Source: Antedon mediterranea (lineage: Eukaryota; Animalia; Echinodermata). Taken from it: a stretch of 64,000 nt of DNA. The stretch is from NCBI RefSeq assembly GCF_964355755.1, contig NC_092671.1:37954304-38018303 (forward strand), given 5' to 3'. The notes beneath the pieces were generated by a model. That model was not told the origin of the DNA, ran no database searches, and saw only the letters and a list, made by a program, of their open reading frames with translations. Below are positions 48,569 to 60,822 of this stretch, piece by piece. Every line of letters starts with the position of its first letter. Position 1 is the first letter of the stretch. A program made the translations under genes and the position numbers.

Positions 48569-49647
48569 ACATGAGCTCTGGATATTTCAATATATTAGAA
48601 ATGCTTTAAAATTGTTTGAAAAATAATTGTTTTTACATTGTACTGTATATTGACAAATCAGTAAAATTAAGCAGTTTATTTTTTTTTTATCCTGGCCGTA
48701 TAATACAAAAAGTTGCTATGACCAGTTTAATTGTTCAGCTTGTTAAACCATTCATTTAAAATAAATATAATAATTAATAATTCTATAAAAACACTTAAAA
48801 TATCAATTAATTTAACTTTAAAACTAGGTACGTTACAACAATCCTGTAATGCTTTCTGTTTCCTCTTGTAAGTGTACAGTGCTTTTAAGCTATAAGATGA
48901 AATAATAATTTAATTAATTTAATTTTAGCTGTTAAATTATCAAAATAAAATATTTATATAATATAATATGTTTTTCTACAAGCTATTATATAAATTAGCC
49001 TGGACAAAAGCTGATAATCAAGAATTGGGCATAGACTATGTATAAGCTACAGTGGTCTATCAAGCAAAAGCTTAGTTTCAAGTTTGAATCTCTGTTGGGA
49101 GGGCTTTTTCTCATAATTTTTTTTCAAAATGAATTATTTAATATTCAGTATTCAGTTCAACTGATAATTTACATGTCAAATTCTTTTTTAAAATTCAAAT
49201 TTACTCTTAAATAATTTGCCTATATCACTACACAACTTAACAATGTGGTACTATTAAAGGTCAGTAAAACATGTAGTAATCTTACACAGTTACAAAAGTA
49301 CAATTTAAATAATTGGGTTTGTTATTTATTAACTAAATTATTTCTGTATATTATCTGTAGAGAGACATAATGACAATAATAAAGTGGATAAGAAAAACAG
49401 CAAAAACTAAAGTATGATAGGTAAAGTAAAAAGCAAAAACTTGATTCATAGTATGATAAGCAGAGTAAATAAAACATGCAATTTATAAAAGTTTAGCTAT
49501 TTGCCATACAAACAATCTGACAAGCAGTGTTGTATCTGTGTATTATGAAATCAATATAAAGTATTACCGGTTTGTTTAACGCCACCTATTTTATTTGGTG
49601 ACGTCAACAAATTTAGTTACCCGGATGAGCAACGTGTCGTGTCCGCC

Positions 49648-49677
49648 ATGATGATTGTGAAAATGACGATTAAAATG
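49648..49677 (+). CDS. Ig gene A3 exon 1
   Basis: MMIVKMTIKM|GTAAGT after the conserved promoter block; phase 0. Confidence 0.6.
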
Positions 49678-50088
49678 GTAAGTTAAATTCTATTATTGAT
49701 CCTGCTCAATTGAACATTTTATGTACATTTATTGTAGTGTAAACATAAATATACAAAAATAGTACCTTTGAAAACTGAATTAGCCATTGATAATCAGTCA
49801 ATCATTGGAATATGATCGTTGATCCTAGGATCGAGCATTGTTCAGATGAAATGTAGGTGTTGTACCGTGACTAGATATGCTGTTACAATGACACTGAAAT
49901 TGTTCACACGCTATCTTTTGTACTAGTTTGACAGGTACCTAAATTATGACAGAAAAACAAATCAATGGTTGCTAGGAACCATCAATGCATACTGTAATTC
50001 TCTATTGCCATTAATGAATGAATGAAATTGGACTATTCCATTATTATCTTTTTTGTTGATAGTCTGGGAGCCTGGAAAAATAGAATTG

Positions 50089-50503
50089 CCCCAGAAATTA
50101 GATTATACTTCGAAATATGAAACCAAACCAGACCAGCACCACCATGGTTGGGACTGAGCTAAGAAAATTTTAAAAAATAGAACTGCTGGGTCCCCAGAAA
50201 TTAGATTATACTTCGAAATATGAAACCAAACCAGACCAGCACCACCATGGTTGGGACTGAGCTAAGAAAATTTTTAAAAATAGAACTGCTGGGTCCCCAG
50301 AAATTAGATTATACTTCGAAATATGAAACCAAACCAGACCAGCACCACCATGGTTGGGACTGAGCTAAGAAAATTTTAAAAAATAGAACTGCTGGGTCCC
50401 CAGAATTTAGATTATACTTCGAAATATGAAACCAAACCAGACCAGCACCACCATGGTTGGGACTGAGCTAAGAAAATTGTACAAAATAGAACTGCTGGGT
50501 CCC
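50089..50503. repeat. ~103-bp tandem repeat, 4 units
   Basis: CCCCAGAAATTAGATTATACTTCG...AGAACTGCTGGGT near-identical units. Confidence 0.9.
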
Positions 50504-50531
50504 TGGAGATTCACTTATATATATTGATATA

Positions 50532-50992
50532 TGTTTGTTTGTTAGGATTACAAAAAGTTATTGCAAGATCTTTATCAAAATGAAAATACAGATGGTCAAG
50601 GACCACTACATAACATTTTGGAGGCAATTTGGACCACGGTCCCAATTCTGGACCACTTTTTAATATTATTTTCAGACCTGCTAGTGTCAAAAGATAGGAC
50701 AGAATTATCAAAGGCCAGCGAGCAGTCTTACAGTAACAAGTAAACAAAAATTGCATTTTCTCGAGAACTACTTGTCCAAAAAACTTCATTTTTGTACAAG
50801 AGGCAAGAGTTATAATTTGTGATTTGTAATTTTAAAACATAATTTTTGATACGAGTAGTTTTAAAAAACCTATTTCTTTTATAATTCAACTGTTATGTTT
50901 GTTTTTGGCGTTCCTGTTCTATTGTTAGTCAACAGAATCTATTGTTAGTTGAAAGGCTGGTTACATAATCATTACAAAAATTTGCATACACA
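50532..50992 (+). mobile_element. Internal fragment of the HINE family seen at 19891-25969
   Basis: Collinear with 25335-25826 (GGACCACGGTCCCAATTCTGGACCAC...CATTTTCTCGAGAACTACTTG). Confidence 0.8.
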
Positions 50993-52253
50993 GTATTTTA
51001 TTTCAACAACAAAAAAATAAAAATAAATCTCCAGGACTAGCCCAATATAGTTGGGGTGGAGCTAAGAGCATTTAAAAAAAATAGAGTTGCTAGGTCCCGG
51101 AAAATGGACGAAATATAAAATGAAGTACTGTATCTAAGCAAAAATCAAGCATAGACCATTTTCCTTTGGGAAAATCACTTTAGATGTTGGCTAAAATTTC
51201 ATGTTTTTTGTTTAGTAATGTAGGCCTACAAAAATCCTACAAAGAAACGTCTACTTTAGGTACCTCACGATAAAGAGGGTTAATTGTAATTTCAAAAATT
51301 GGTGAAAATTTAGATCGGGAACATAATTCGTACCCTTTTGCTATATAGTCGAAACACAGTTACTCGACGTACGCGTTGTTAAACTTTGTCTGGAAACTAA
51401 CTACACATTTTGGTCCTGGATGGAACAGGATATATCATGCATAAACCACAATTAGCTGGGCCCAATGTTGAATGATTCGTACAAAGGGACACTGCCCGGC
51501 AAGTGCGTACCTATTGTTTAGATCGCTGGCAATAATGCATGCATTTCAAATGTAATAGTCCGACGTACTCCCAGTCAGGTCTCTGGCCCTGAAGCTACGA
51601 AGTGAACACGAATGATTTTTACTGTATATAATATTCCCAGACAAAAATTATTGCAGCAAATGTGAAAATCTCAGGATCTTTAAATTTACAAAGCTAATAC
51701 CTTTAAAATCCTTCACTATACTAAAATGAGTCTTGATATTCATGTCTGTCACATGCCTACACAAAAATGAAAGGATGTTTATTTTGTGTAAACAAATGTT
51801 ATTTTGTTTGGTTTTCAATTTTCTATACTCAATCATAATTTACGTGTTCCAATATACATATCAAATTGTTGTTATTGATAAAATAAAAAAAATTGATAAA
51901 AGCCATTATGATTCTATATTACATACTTTATTTGTCTTCAGGAACTGTTGTATTTTTTTTTATATATTTAAAAATTCACTCATTCACCAATAGACAGTTG
52001 AAAACAACAGAAACTGTGCTTCAATAAAATATAATGTAATACAACAAGGGTGTTAAGATTCGACATAAAAACATATTTGAACAATACTATTATCTTAAAT
52101 GGTTCAGACATCTGCATATCCAGCAGAAGGTTCCGTCAATTTCAATCAATGTTTATACATATTGAGCATTATCATAGTTTGATTGGTTTTTAGTTATAGT
52201 TATATTCTATATATTCTTCTTTTTATTAACCTTATTGATTTATGTTCTTTCAG

Positions 52254-53229
52254 CAAATACCTATTCCTAGCGGAATTACCAAGTCTAAGTTGATACCTTT
52301 CTGGCTTTGGTGTCTTTCTATTCTGGTCATAAGCATTTCAACTTCAGTTTCTCATGAAATTTCATTTCATGAGGATTATCCCAGAAATGTTACCATTGCT
52401 GAAACAAATAAAGCAAGATTTGTATGTTGGTTGTACAAAGAGCATGAATCAACAGATCAAGTATCTTGGATGAAACATGACAAGAAGTTGGACAAGGAAA
52501 ATCGAAAATATTTGTTTGAACAAAAACAAATAAATAAAAGAATTTACGAGTTTAGTTTAGTCATTTTCTCAGTTGATAAATCAGATGCAAGCGATTATAG
52601 GTGTATTTTTGATACTTCAACACATAAAATAGCTTCAAGAAAAGCTTACCTAAAAGTACCATCAAAGGAATGTCCAAAGTGCTATTTCACTGAGCCGTTA
52701 TATTACATTGGTGATAACGCTGAAATTACTTGCACAATGAAGAAAACCTCTACAAAATTCTCTATGGAATTCACCAGATTGGCTGAGATAGCTACATCAC
52801 ATGAAAATGTCACTCATATGTGGATAACCTCATTATTCCCTGCAAAGCCAGGTATGAACAATACCAGATTTTCTTATAAATTGTACATTAACATCATAAA
52901 GGAATGGCACTTTTGTTATACAGATCCACTAATTATTGTGAACAAATTAAATGTTACCATCCACGGAGACACAATCTACATGCCCAATGTCGAAGCAGAG
53001 TTTACCTGTGTGGGTAACTTTACTGATGCCGCTAAATTTACATGGACTTTTGAATAACATCGAATTTAAAGTCGAAGAAATCAACAACAACAATTCAAAC
53101 AAGCTAACCATTCCATATGTACAAGAAAAAATGCATGGTGCAACACTTAAGTGTACTGTTAAGGATGACAGTTTTACTGGCTCAGGTTCTGTTGTTCTTA
53201 CAATTGAGAACCCACGTGACTGTAACTAA
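52254..53229 (+). pseudogene. Ig gene A3 exon 2, frameshifted and lacking stalk/TM/tail
   Basis: Homologous to A1/A2; stop at 53055-53057 with homology continuing in another frame (MHGATLKCTVKD); D2 Cys replaced (FSYKLY); ends LTIENPRDCN*. Confidence 0.8.
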
Positions 53230-53350
53230 TGTTTAACATTTTTCATACAAATTCACCATTCTAATATAGACTAATGGATAAAAGGAAATAAAAAGATGCC
53301 CCATCTCGACAGCACTAGTATCGGTTTAGGAGGGGATAGAGGAACTATTC

Positions 53351-54086
53351 GGGTGCAGGTCAAGTCGGCCCTAAACCGTCTCGGCCAAAGTCAAGTCGGC
53401 CCCACGTCAAGTCGGCCCCAAAACTCGGCCCCAAGTCAACTCGGCCTCAAGTCAACTCGGCCTCACGTCAACTCGGCCAAAAACTAATCGGTCAACTCGG
53501 CCACAATAAAGTATGGAACGCAAAAAGTGCTTAATATTATTATGATTCTTACTATCCACGCTTTAAAAAAAATGAATAAAAAAAAATATATATATAATTA
53601 AATAATATCATATAAAAAAATGAACTCATTCCCCCGGTCAGTGAAAACACGTAGCAGTTGTAGAGTCAAAAAAGCTGCCAAAGGCGCAGGGAGGCGCAGC
53701 TACGAATTGTTTTCAATTGTGCAATTTGAAATTTTATTAAACGTATTAATAAAGGAAAGTTGGTGAAATCATTCCTATTTTTTTTGCTAAATATATTATT
53801 GTCTAAATATTAATATTCATTAAAAGTCAGAATTATTTATAGTTAAAAAATTGTGAAGAAATATTATTTTATCAATCCCCTTCATTTGCACTTTTTGCGT
53901 TCCATACTTTAACGGGGCCGAGTTGACCGATTATTTTTTGGCCGAGTTGACGTGAGGCCGAGTTGACTTGAGGCCGAGTTGACTTGAGGCCGAGTTGACT
54001 TGAGGCCGAGTTGACTTGAGGCCGAGTTGACTTGAGGCCGACTTGACTTTGGCCGAGACGGTTTAGGGCCGACTTGGATCGAAACC
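53351..54086. mobile_element. MITE with 8-bp TSD and 16-bp subterminal repeats
   Basis: Inverted arrays of AAGTCAACTCGGCCTC; TSD AACTATTC at 53343-53350 and 54087-54094. Confidence 0.88.
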
Positions 54087-56082
54087 AACTATTCAATGTA
54101 ATTCTGTAATATTAGATAATTCATTGCATATACGATGTTTACTGCATAAAATATTATTACATAATTCAAAACGTTCTGCACTCAATTATTATACATTTAA
54201 TATATAAACACTTTATTTTAGGTTAAGCTTTTTTTTATATAATTGTATGAAATGCAAAATATAAATTTGTTGAAAACTTTTCATTCATTATTAATTTAAA
54301 TTTCTACTTATAAATATGAAAATCTTACTAGCCTGGTCATCCAAATAAAGAAATCCACTGTGGCCACAAATTTAAAATCATTTATTTAAAATTTCAAATC
54401 ATTTACTAAAGATAACTAATCTTCTTCATGCTTGCAAACTATAATAGCCTACTAACCATACATTTGCTTGAATGATAATTCAAATAGAAAAATTGTATAT
54501 TTTATTAATATTACCAACTACTTAAAATTACCGGTCGTATTAGAAAGTGAACTTTTCGTAGTCAGATTGTGATGAAATTAAAACAGAATTGTTCAGCAAT
54601 TTGTTGTTGTCAATTAATCATCGATGCAGACATGTCAATAAACAATCAGACTGCGTATACAATTTCTACATGTAACAGTTGATTCTCAGCGTTCTATAGA
54701 GGGCCGCAGTTAGAGTTTGATTGATTTAAACAAATCCTTTACTGTTTGTATTAATTTAATCAATTAAATTAATCAATTACTATAAAAAAAGTGATAAAAA
54801 AAAAAGCTTGGTAAATTGTAGCTTATGTTAGTCATTGAAATGTGTTGTTATTTGTGACAATTATTGTGTAAATGCATGTGGCGGGGCATTTAATCGAAGG
54901 GAGGCTTTTATTCAAAGCAGGTGTTTATTTGAATAAATACTCTAATTTTAAAAATGACTATATAATTCGTTTCTCACTGATACTTTACATGATTCATTTT
55001 CCTTTTTATAAATTTTGTTAAATGACACCCCTAGATTGCCGGAAATGACACTCTATATTGGGCTACACTTACAAAACAGCAATAATTATGTGTTATGTTA
55101 TGGACAAATCAACGACAGGGTTTTTTTTCTCATGACGCGAACAAGCAATCCAAACATGTCACCAGAAACATATCTACAAAAACAAACAAAATTACGCTGA
55201 CTGCCGGTAAATTTTGCGCGGTATTGTGTATTGTTGAATGCTGGTTAATTTTACGCTACAGTCTGTCAATTTAAATAATAGGCTCTCCCAACCCTAGATT
55301 TCTATAACGTTAATGGTTATTATTATGATGAAATGGGATCTTAATTTTAATTTAGTGGCAGAAAAAAACATTTAGTATAAAATCAAGGGTGTTGCCCGGG
55401 CAACTGGGGCAACACCCCTGCATCTGCCTCTGAGATAAGAAAAACAGCAAAAACTTGATTCATAAGTAAATAGATCATGCAATTTATAGCAATTCATAAC
55501 AATTTAACCTTATATCCGAGCAGCATTGTTGTATATTTCTATTATGAAATAAATATCGTCTTCCATTTGCACCCCAAATACGAAGTATTATTTTATATTA
55601 CTGTATGTTTTATTGCACACAACTTTGTATTATGTATCTAGTATATTGAATGAATGAATCCTATCTAAAGAGAGTAAATTAATAAAATATTAAGTGTCTT
55701 GACAATACAAACATGCATTCCCATCTTACCCTATGCCATCATGCTTTGTGTCAATAATATATAGCAATATGAACGTCCTAATTTAATTGAGAGTCAATTA
55801 TGACCCCTAACAATTAAATATGGTTTACTTTTTTAATTGGATTTTTAATTTTTTATCAATGACGATATCTAATGGTAGATCTTTGTTACATTTACTTATA
55901 ATCATGATTAAAATAAATTAAGTTAGTTTTAGATCAATTAAGTGATAATTTTTTAGATTTATAATGCTATATTTATAAAGGTACATGAATTTAGTATGGA
56001 ACAAATGATATGCTATGTTAATGTAATTTTTTTTTTAGACCAATCACTAATTAAAAGTTCTTGACAAAAAGAAGGAACAGTA

Positions 56083-57102
56083 TGTAACCCAGGTTTGTTT
56101 CCGCAACTTTATAATTAATCTTAACGAATAAATATAGCGCAAACGTAACTCAAATACAAAAAACATCAGAACATAAATTTAAATGGAACAAAACACGGTT
56201 TATTCGACCAAACTAGAATAAAATAAAAATAAAACAAAAGAGAACGGAAAGTATGACTTATCTAAAACGCCGATAAGGTTATTAAAGATAAGGTAGCTAC
56301 CGCTTCCAACGGCGACCTTGACGTCCGTCTTGCGTTTTTCGCCTTACGGTAGATGAATACAGTTGATTTATATAGCAGTCTATACAGATAATTTCAGTGT
56401 CCGAGAACCAGTGGTTCTTCGGTAGCCTATACAAAGAGCCAATATTCAAAATAAAACGAACAGTCTCCAATATGTACAATACAGTCGATCAAATATAGTT
56501 TTTTTAGTGCAATATGCCAAACTAGCACAAACTTCCAACCAACGCGAACTTTAAAACTTAGTTCGGTAATGTAAACTATACTGTAGTACAGTAAAACGTA
56601 AGTTAGCTTTAAATAAAGTCATATATTTTAATTTGTAACACTTGGAAATGACCAGCACTTCAGATGGCATAATCAGGAAAAGAGAATGAAACATGGGAAC
56701 ATACCCATATATATATATATTTCTATGTTTTTGGTGTTTTTTTTTGTAATTATTATTTTATGTTTATTGCCGAAATGAATAAAATAAAAAAAAAAATAAA
56801 TAAAAATAAATAAATACCCTAATATTGGCCCAGTCACCTGACCAAGGCTAATCCCATTGGTCAATCCATGTTGCTGGGGAAAAAGCAAAGGGTAAACTGG
56901 CCCTTATTGGTCAGTGTCTATAGAAAAAACAGAAAGCTCTCATGCATTACCACATAGTTTATGACATAATGACATAAACAGCAAAGGAAGTTCTAACAAA
57001 AAGATAAACAACTAATTAAAACTTGGGCTTAACAACAAAGAAAGGATTAAAAGATTAAAAAAATCTAATAAGGAAAACATGGTAAACCATGGCAGGGTTA
57101 CA
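56083..57102. mobile_element. Probable solo LTR (1020 bp)
   Basis: TGTAACCC...GGGTTACA termini flanked by 4-bp direct repeat AGTA. Confidence 0.7.
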
Positions 57103-57389
57103 AGTATTATCATTAATTAATCTACTATATGTGAACCTAGGTCTGTTTGCCATATGGTTTAGCTTTGCAAGAAACGAAAAGAAAAAAAATAGGGAAGTGA
57201 TCAAATTACTAGGCCTACTTTTTCCCAGATTACAAAGATAACTGAATTCTTGTGTATGAATAAATAATTTTTTTGGGGGGTAATTTTTTTTCCTCGATCC
57301 AATTTGTGAATACTGTAATTATTATCCATTTGTTTAAAAAATTTTTCAGGTTGACAAATTATCATATGGTACTACTGCACTATTTGATA

Positions 57390-60300
57390 TAATAATAATA
57401 ATAATAATAATAATAAGCTTTATTTAATCACGGATACTTAACTCAACTAAAAGTTGTTTTTCAGTAAGACCGTGCTCAAAGGAAAACACCAACAAAAATA
57501 AATGTAAAAAGCAAATATCAAATCAAGTAATAAAACAATTACAGAAGCAAAAAAAAACAAAAGCAGATAATAAAACAATTACAATAAAATAAAACAAGGA
57601 TACACTTACTAACTATAAAATTAAATAATACACTACATTTAAATAAAGCTACATGAAATTAGCAGTTAACAGTTTCTTAAAAAGAGAGACAGAGTTCACA
57701 TTTTTAATATCTTCATGTAGCTCATTCCAAACCTTGGCACCTCTAAATGATAAGCTACGTTTTTTGTAGTTTGTGTTTGGTTTTGGCATGGACCATGGTT
57801 TTGGTACAATTAAATTTGGCTTAGTTCTAATATCATAGTAATTGTTTTTGATATTGAACTTATTTAATAAATATGGAGGTGCAAGGTTATTCATAATCTT
57901 AAACATAACAATAGCTTCATTTATATATAATCTTTCATCTAAGTTCATCCAATTTAGACTTTGTAGAGCTTGAGTACTAGAGTCGGTTTGAGATTTGTTT
58001 GTAATAACTTTTGCTGCGCGATTTTGAAGAACTTGTAGTGTTTTACTTTGAGTTATATTTGAACGTCCCCAAACAACATGGCAATACTCAAGATGAGGAG
58101 CCATAAGTGATTTGTATAGTTTGCATTGAATTTCTTTTGGAAATATATTATTAGTCTTTTTTAAGTAGTACAAGCTCTGCAAAACCTTAGATTTAACATT
58201 ATCGATTTGTGAGCACCAAGAAAGATTATTATCTAATATCACACCAAGGTGTTTACATTTATTTACACGAGAGATTGGTTCTCCATCTATGTTAATGTTG
58301 ACTTGTAAGTCAGATAGTTTACTTAACCTCTGACTCGTTCCAATTAACATAAATTCAGTTTTTTTAACATTTAGGCTAAGTTTGTTGCATATGAGCCATT
58401 TTTTAAGACACAATAAGTCAGAATTTATTGTTTCAGTAAGGTTATTAATATTATTGGAAGTGTAGTATATGGCAGTGTCATCAGCATACATAGAAACAGA
58501 GCATTTATTTACAGCATTAGGCAAGTCATTAACATAAAGGAGAAACATTAATGGTCCAAGGATGGACCCCTGAGGAATTCCACATATACTGTGACTTTCA
58601 TCAGAAGAATCACCATTTACATTGGTTATATGTACACGATTTTGCAGGTAGTTTTCAAACCACTGAATAACATTTGAATGAAAATTGAAAGATCTTAGTT
58701 TATTGATAAGAATACTGTGATTTACTGTATCAAAAGCCTTTTTCAAGTCTATCATTACTAACCCAATATAATTTCCTTTGTCAATGGCTTCTAGCCAGGT
58801 CTCTGTGATATTAAGCAATGCAGTCGTAGTTGAATAGCCTGGTCTAAACCCAGACTGATTTTCATATAGCATTTTGTTTAGATTTAGGAAATCATAAACT
58901 TGTTCAAATACAACTTTTTCAAGAACTTTAGATAATATTGGGAGAATTGAAATTGGCCTATAATTATTACATTCATTTTTATTTCCACCTTTATGAAGAG
59001 GGCAGATCTTGGCCCTTTTCCATTGTTTTGGAAAAGTTAAATTTTTTAAAGATAAATTAATTATATATGTTATTGGGTAAACAATTTCATCAATAGCGAT
59101 TTTTAGAAGATTAGCTGGTATTTCATCAGTTCCAGTTGCTTTTTTTGATGAAAGTGAGTTAAGAATTTTATGTATGTCTTGTTTATTAACATATTTAAAA
59201 GTTAATTTGTCGTTAGTATTATTTAAATCATTAGTAAAGTTAGAAAGTTGATTAGTAGATTGAATACTTTGAGCTAATGTTGGACCCACATTGGCAAAAT
59301 ATTTATTTAATACATTTGCAATATCTTTAGAATTAGTTACTTCATCATTTTCTTCATCATTTGTGGTTTTAATACTTGTTATATTCAAGCTTTTAGTTTT
59401 GCCAGGAATAATTAATTTAATATTTTCCCATATCTTTTTCTGATCTTTAGTATTGAGTTGTTCAGAAAAATAGTTCTTCTTACTTTTTCGAAGTTCATAA
59501 TTTACTTGATTTCTTAATTTTCTATATTCAGGCCAAAGCTGAAGCCTATTTTTCTTATTTATTCGTCTTTTTAATGCATCTCTTTTTCTGATGAGAAGTA
59601 TTACATTTTTAGTTAGCCATGGACTGTTTTTTTGGCGAACTCTTTTACGTTTAATGGGTGCATTTTTATTTGCAATATTAAGAAAGGTTTTTTGAAAGAA
59701 ATCAACAGCATCATCAACATCAGTATAATTCTTAATTTCAGCCCAATTTGTATTAAGTAAGTCAGTTTTAAATTTATTTTCATCAAAATGTTTATAGTTC
59801 CTATTTGTTTTAAATCTATGGTTACTTTTCTCTTTGTATGCTTTTCCAAATTTGATGTAGATAGCGGAGTGGTCACTAAGACCAGTATGAAGTACACCAC
59901 TGTTAGTTATTTTTTCTGGCGATGAAACATAAATATGATCAATTAAAGTACTAGAGTGATCTGTAATTCGCGTAGCTTCAGAAATTAATTGTGTTAAGTG
60001 ATAGTTATTTGTTAATTCTTTTAATTTTAAAGTATAGTAAGATGGAGTTGATGATAGAAGGTCACAGTTTATGTCCCCAATTAAAATAATTTCATTATCA
60101 GTATTATCTCTTTCAATTTGTTTAAGAATTTTTTCAAATTCATCAAATGTATCAGTACATGAATTAGGTGGGCGATACCATGCAATAATTAAAATAGGTT
60201 TTCTCTTCGGTTTAGTTAATTTGATAACAATTGCTTCAAGATTAGGACTCATTAAATTTTCTAAAATTTCATAATTAAAAGAACAGTTTTGACTTATATA

Positions 60301-60470
60301 TACTGCTACACCCCCTCCTTCTCGGTTTCTATCCTTTCTAACAACATTAAAACCATTAATCTCAATTTCATTGTCGCTTATAGTATTATCAAGACGTGTT
60401 TCATTTAAAGCTACAATGTCAACATTGTTATTTTCCATTAAGTATTTGATTTCATCAAATATGATAATAT
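57390..60470 (-). mobile_element. 5'-truncated L2/CR1-group LINE with open ORF2
   Basis: (TTA)n tail at 57390-57415; homology starts just inside the endonuclease; no ORF1. Confidence 0.9.
57649..60465 (-). CDS. LINE ORF2 (APE endonuclease and reverse transcriptase)
   Basis: ALNET, GGGVAVY, YRPP, GDIN, LIDHIY, SDH, GIPQGSILGP, YADD; no stops; first ~48 aa of the listed 986-aa ORF are non-LINE flank. Confidence 0.9.
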   Translation of the reverse strand: MIFDEIKYLMENNNVDIVALNETRLDNTISDNEIEINGFNVVRKDRNREGGGVAVYISQNCSFNYEILENLMSPNLEAIVIKLTKPKRKPILIIAWYRPPNSCTDTFDEFEKILKQIERDNTDNEIILIGDINCDLLSSTPSYYTLKLKELTNNYHLTQLISEATRITDHSSTLIDHIYVSSPEKITNSGVLHTGLSDHSAIYIKFGKAYKEKSNHRFKTNRNYKHFDENKFKTDLLNTNWAEIKNYTDVDDAVDFFQKTFLNIANKNAPIKRKRVRQKNSPWLTKNVILLIRKRDALKRRINKKNRLQLWPEYRKLRNQVNYELRKSKKNYFSEQLNTKDQKKIWENIKLIIPGKTKSLNITSIKTTNDEENDEVTNSKDIANVLNKYFANVGPTLAQSIQSTNQLSNFTNDLNNTNDKLTFKYVNKQDIHKILNSLSSKKATGTDEIPANLLKIAIDEIVYPITYIINLSLKNLTFPKQWKRAKICPLHKGGNKNECNNYRPISILPILSKVLEKVVFEQVYDFLNLNKMLYENQSGFRPGYSTTTALLNITETWLEAIDKGNYIGLVMIDLKKAFDTVNHSILINKLRSFNFHSNVIQWFENYLQNRVHITNVNGDSSDESHSICGIPQGSILGPLMFLLYVNDLPNAVNKCSVSMYADDTAIYYTSNNINNLTETINSDLLCLKKWLICNKLSLNVKKTEFMLIGTSQRLSKLSDLQVNINIDGEPISRVNKCKHLGVILDNNLSWCSQIDNVKSKVLQSLYYLKKTNNIFPKEIQCKLYKSLMAPHLEYCHVVWGRSNITQSKTLQVLQNRAAKVITNKSQTDSSTQALQSLNWMNLDERLYINEAIVMFKIMNNLAPPYLLNKFNIKNNYYDIRTKPNLIVPKPWSMPKPNTNYKKRSLSFRGAKVWNELHEDIKNVNSVSLFKKLLTANFM

Positions 60471-60822
60471 CAAGGTATATATAATGTAATGATTTTTGGG
60501 TTGAAGAAATATATAGAGGGCGGCAGATGGAGGCAGAGTTAGGCAGGAGGAGAAGCAGAGAACGGACGTGAGAAAAAGGGCGGAGAGAGGGATTGGAGAA
60601 GGAAGGCAATGGAGGGTGAACTCGAGCTGCGTTAAAAAGGAGGGAGAGATTGGAGCTGAAAAAGCGGGGAACCAGGGAAAAGACGTGTTAAATAAGTAGA
60701 TAAATTGGAAAACAAAGTGTAGAGAAGATTAGAGAAAAGAGAAAGAGGAAATTAGAGTTGAATAATAAAAGGAGAGTTAAGACACAGTAAGTAAAATTAG
60801 CCAGAGGGTACAGCCTACCGGT

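Noticed and set aside
60480-60810. Purine-rich segment resembling an E/R-rich coding remnant
   Set aside because: Interrupted by stops in the frames I read, with no identifiable motif
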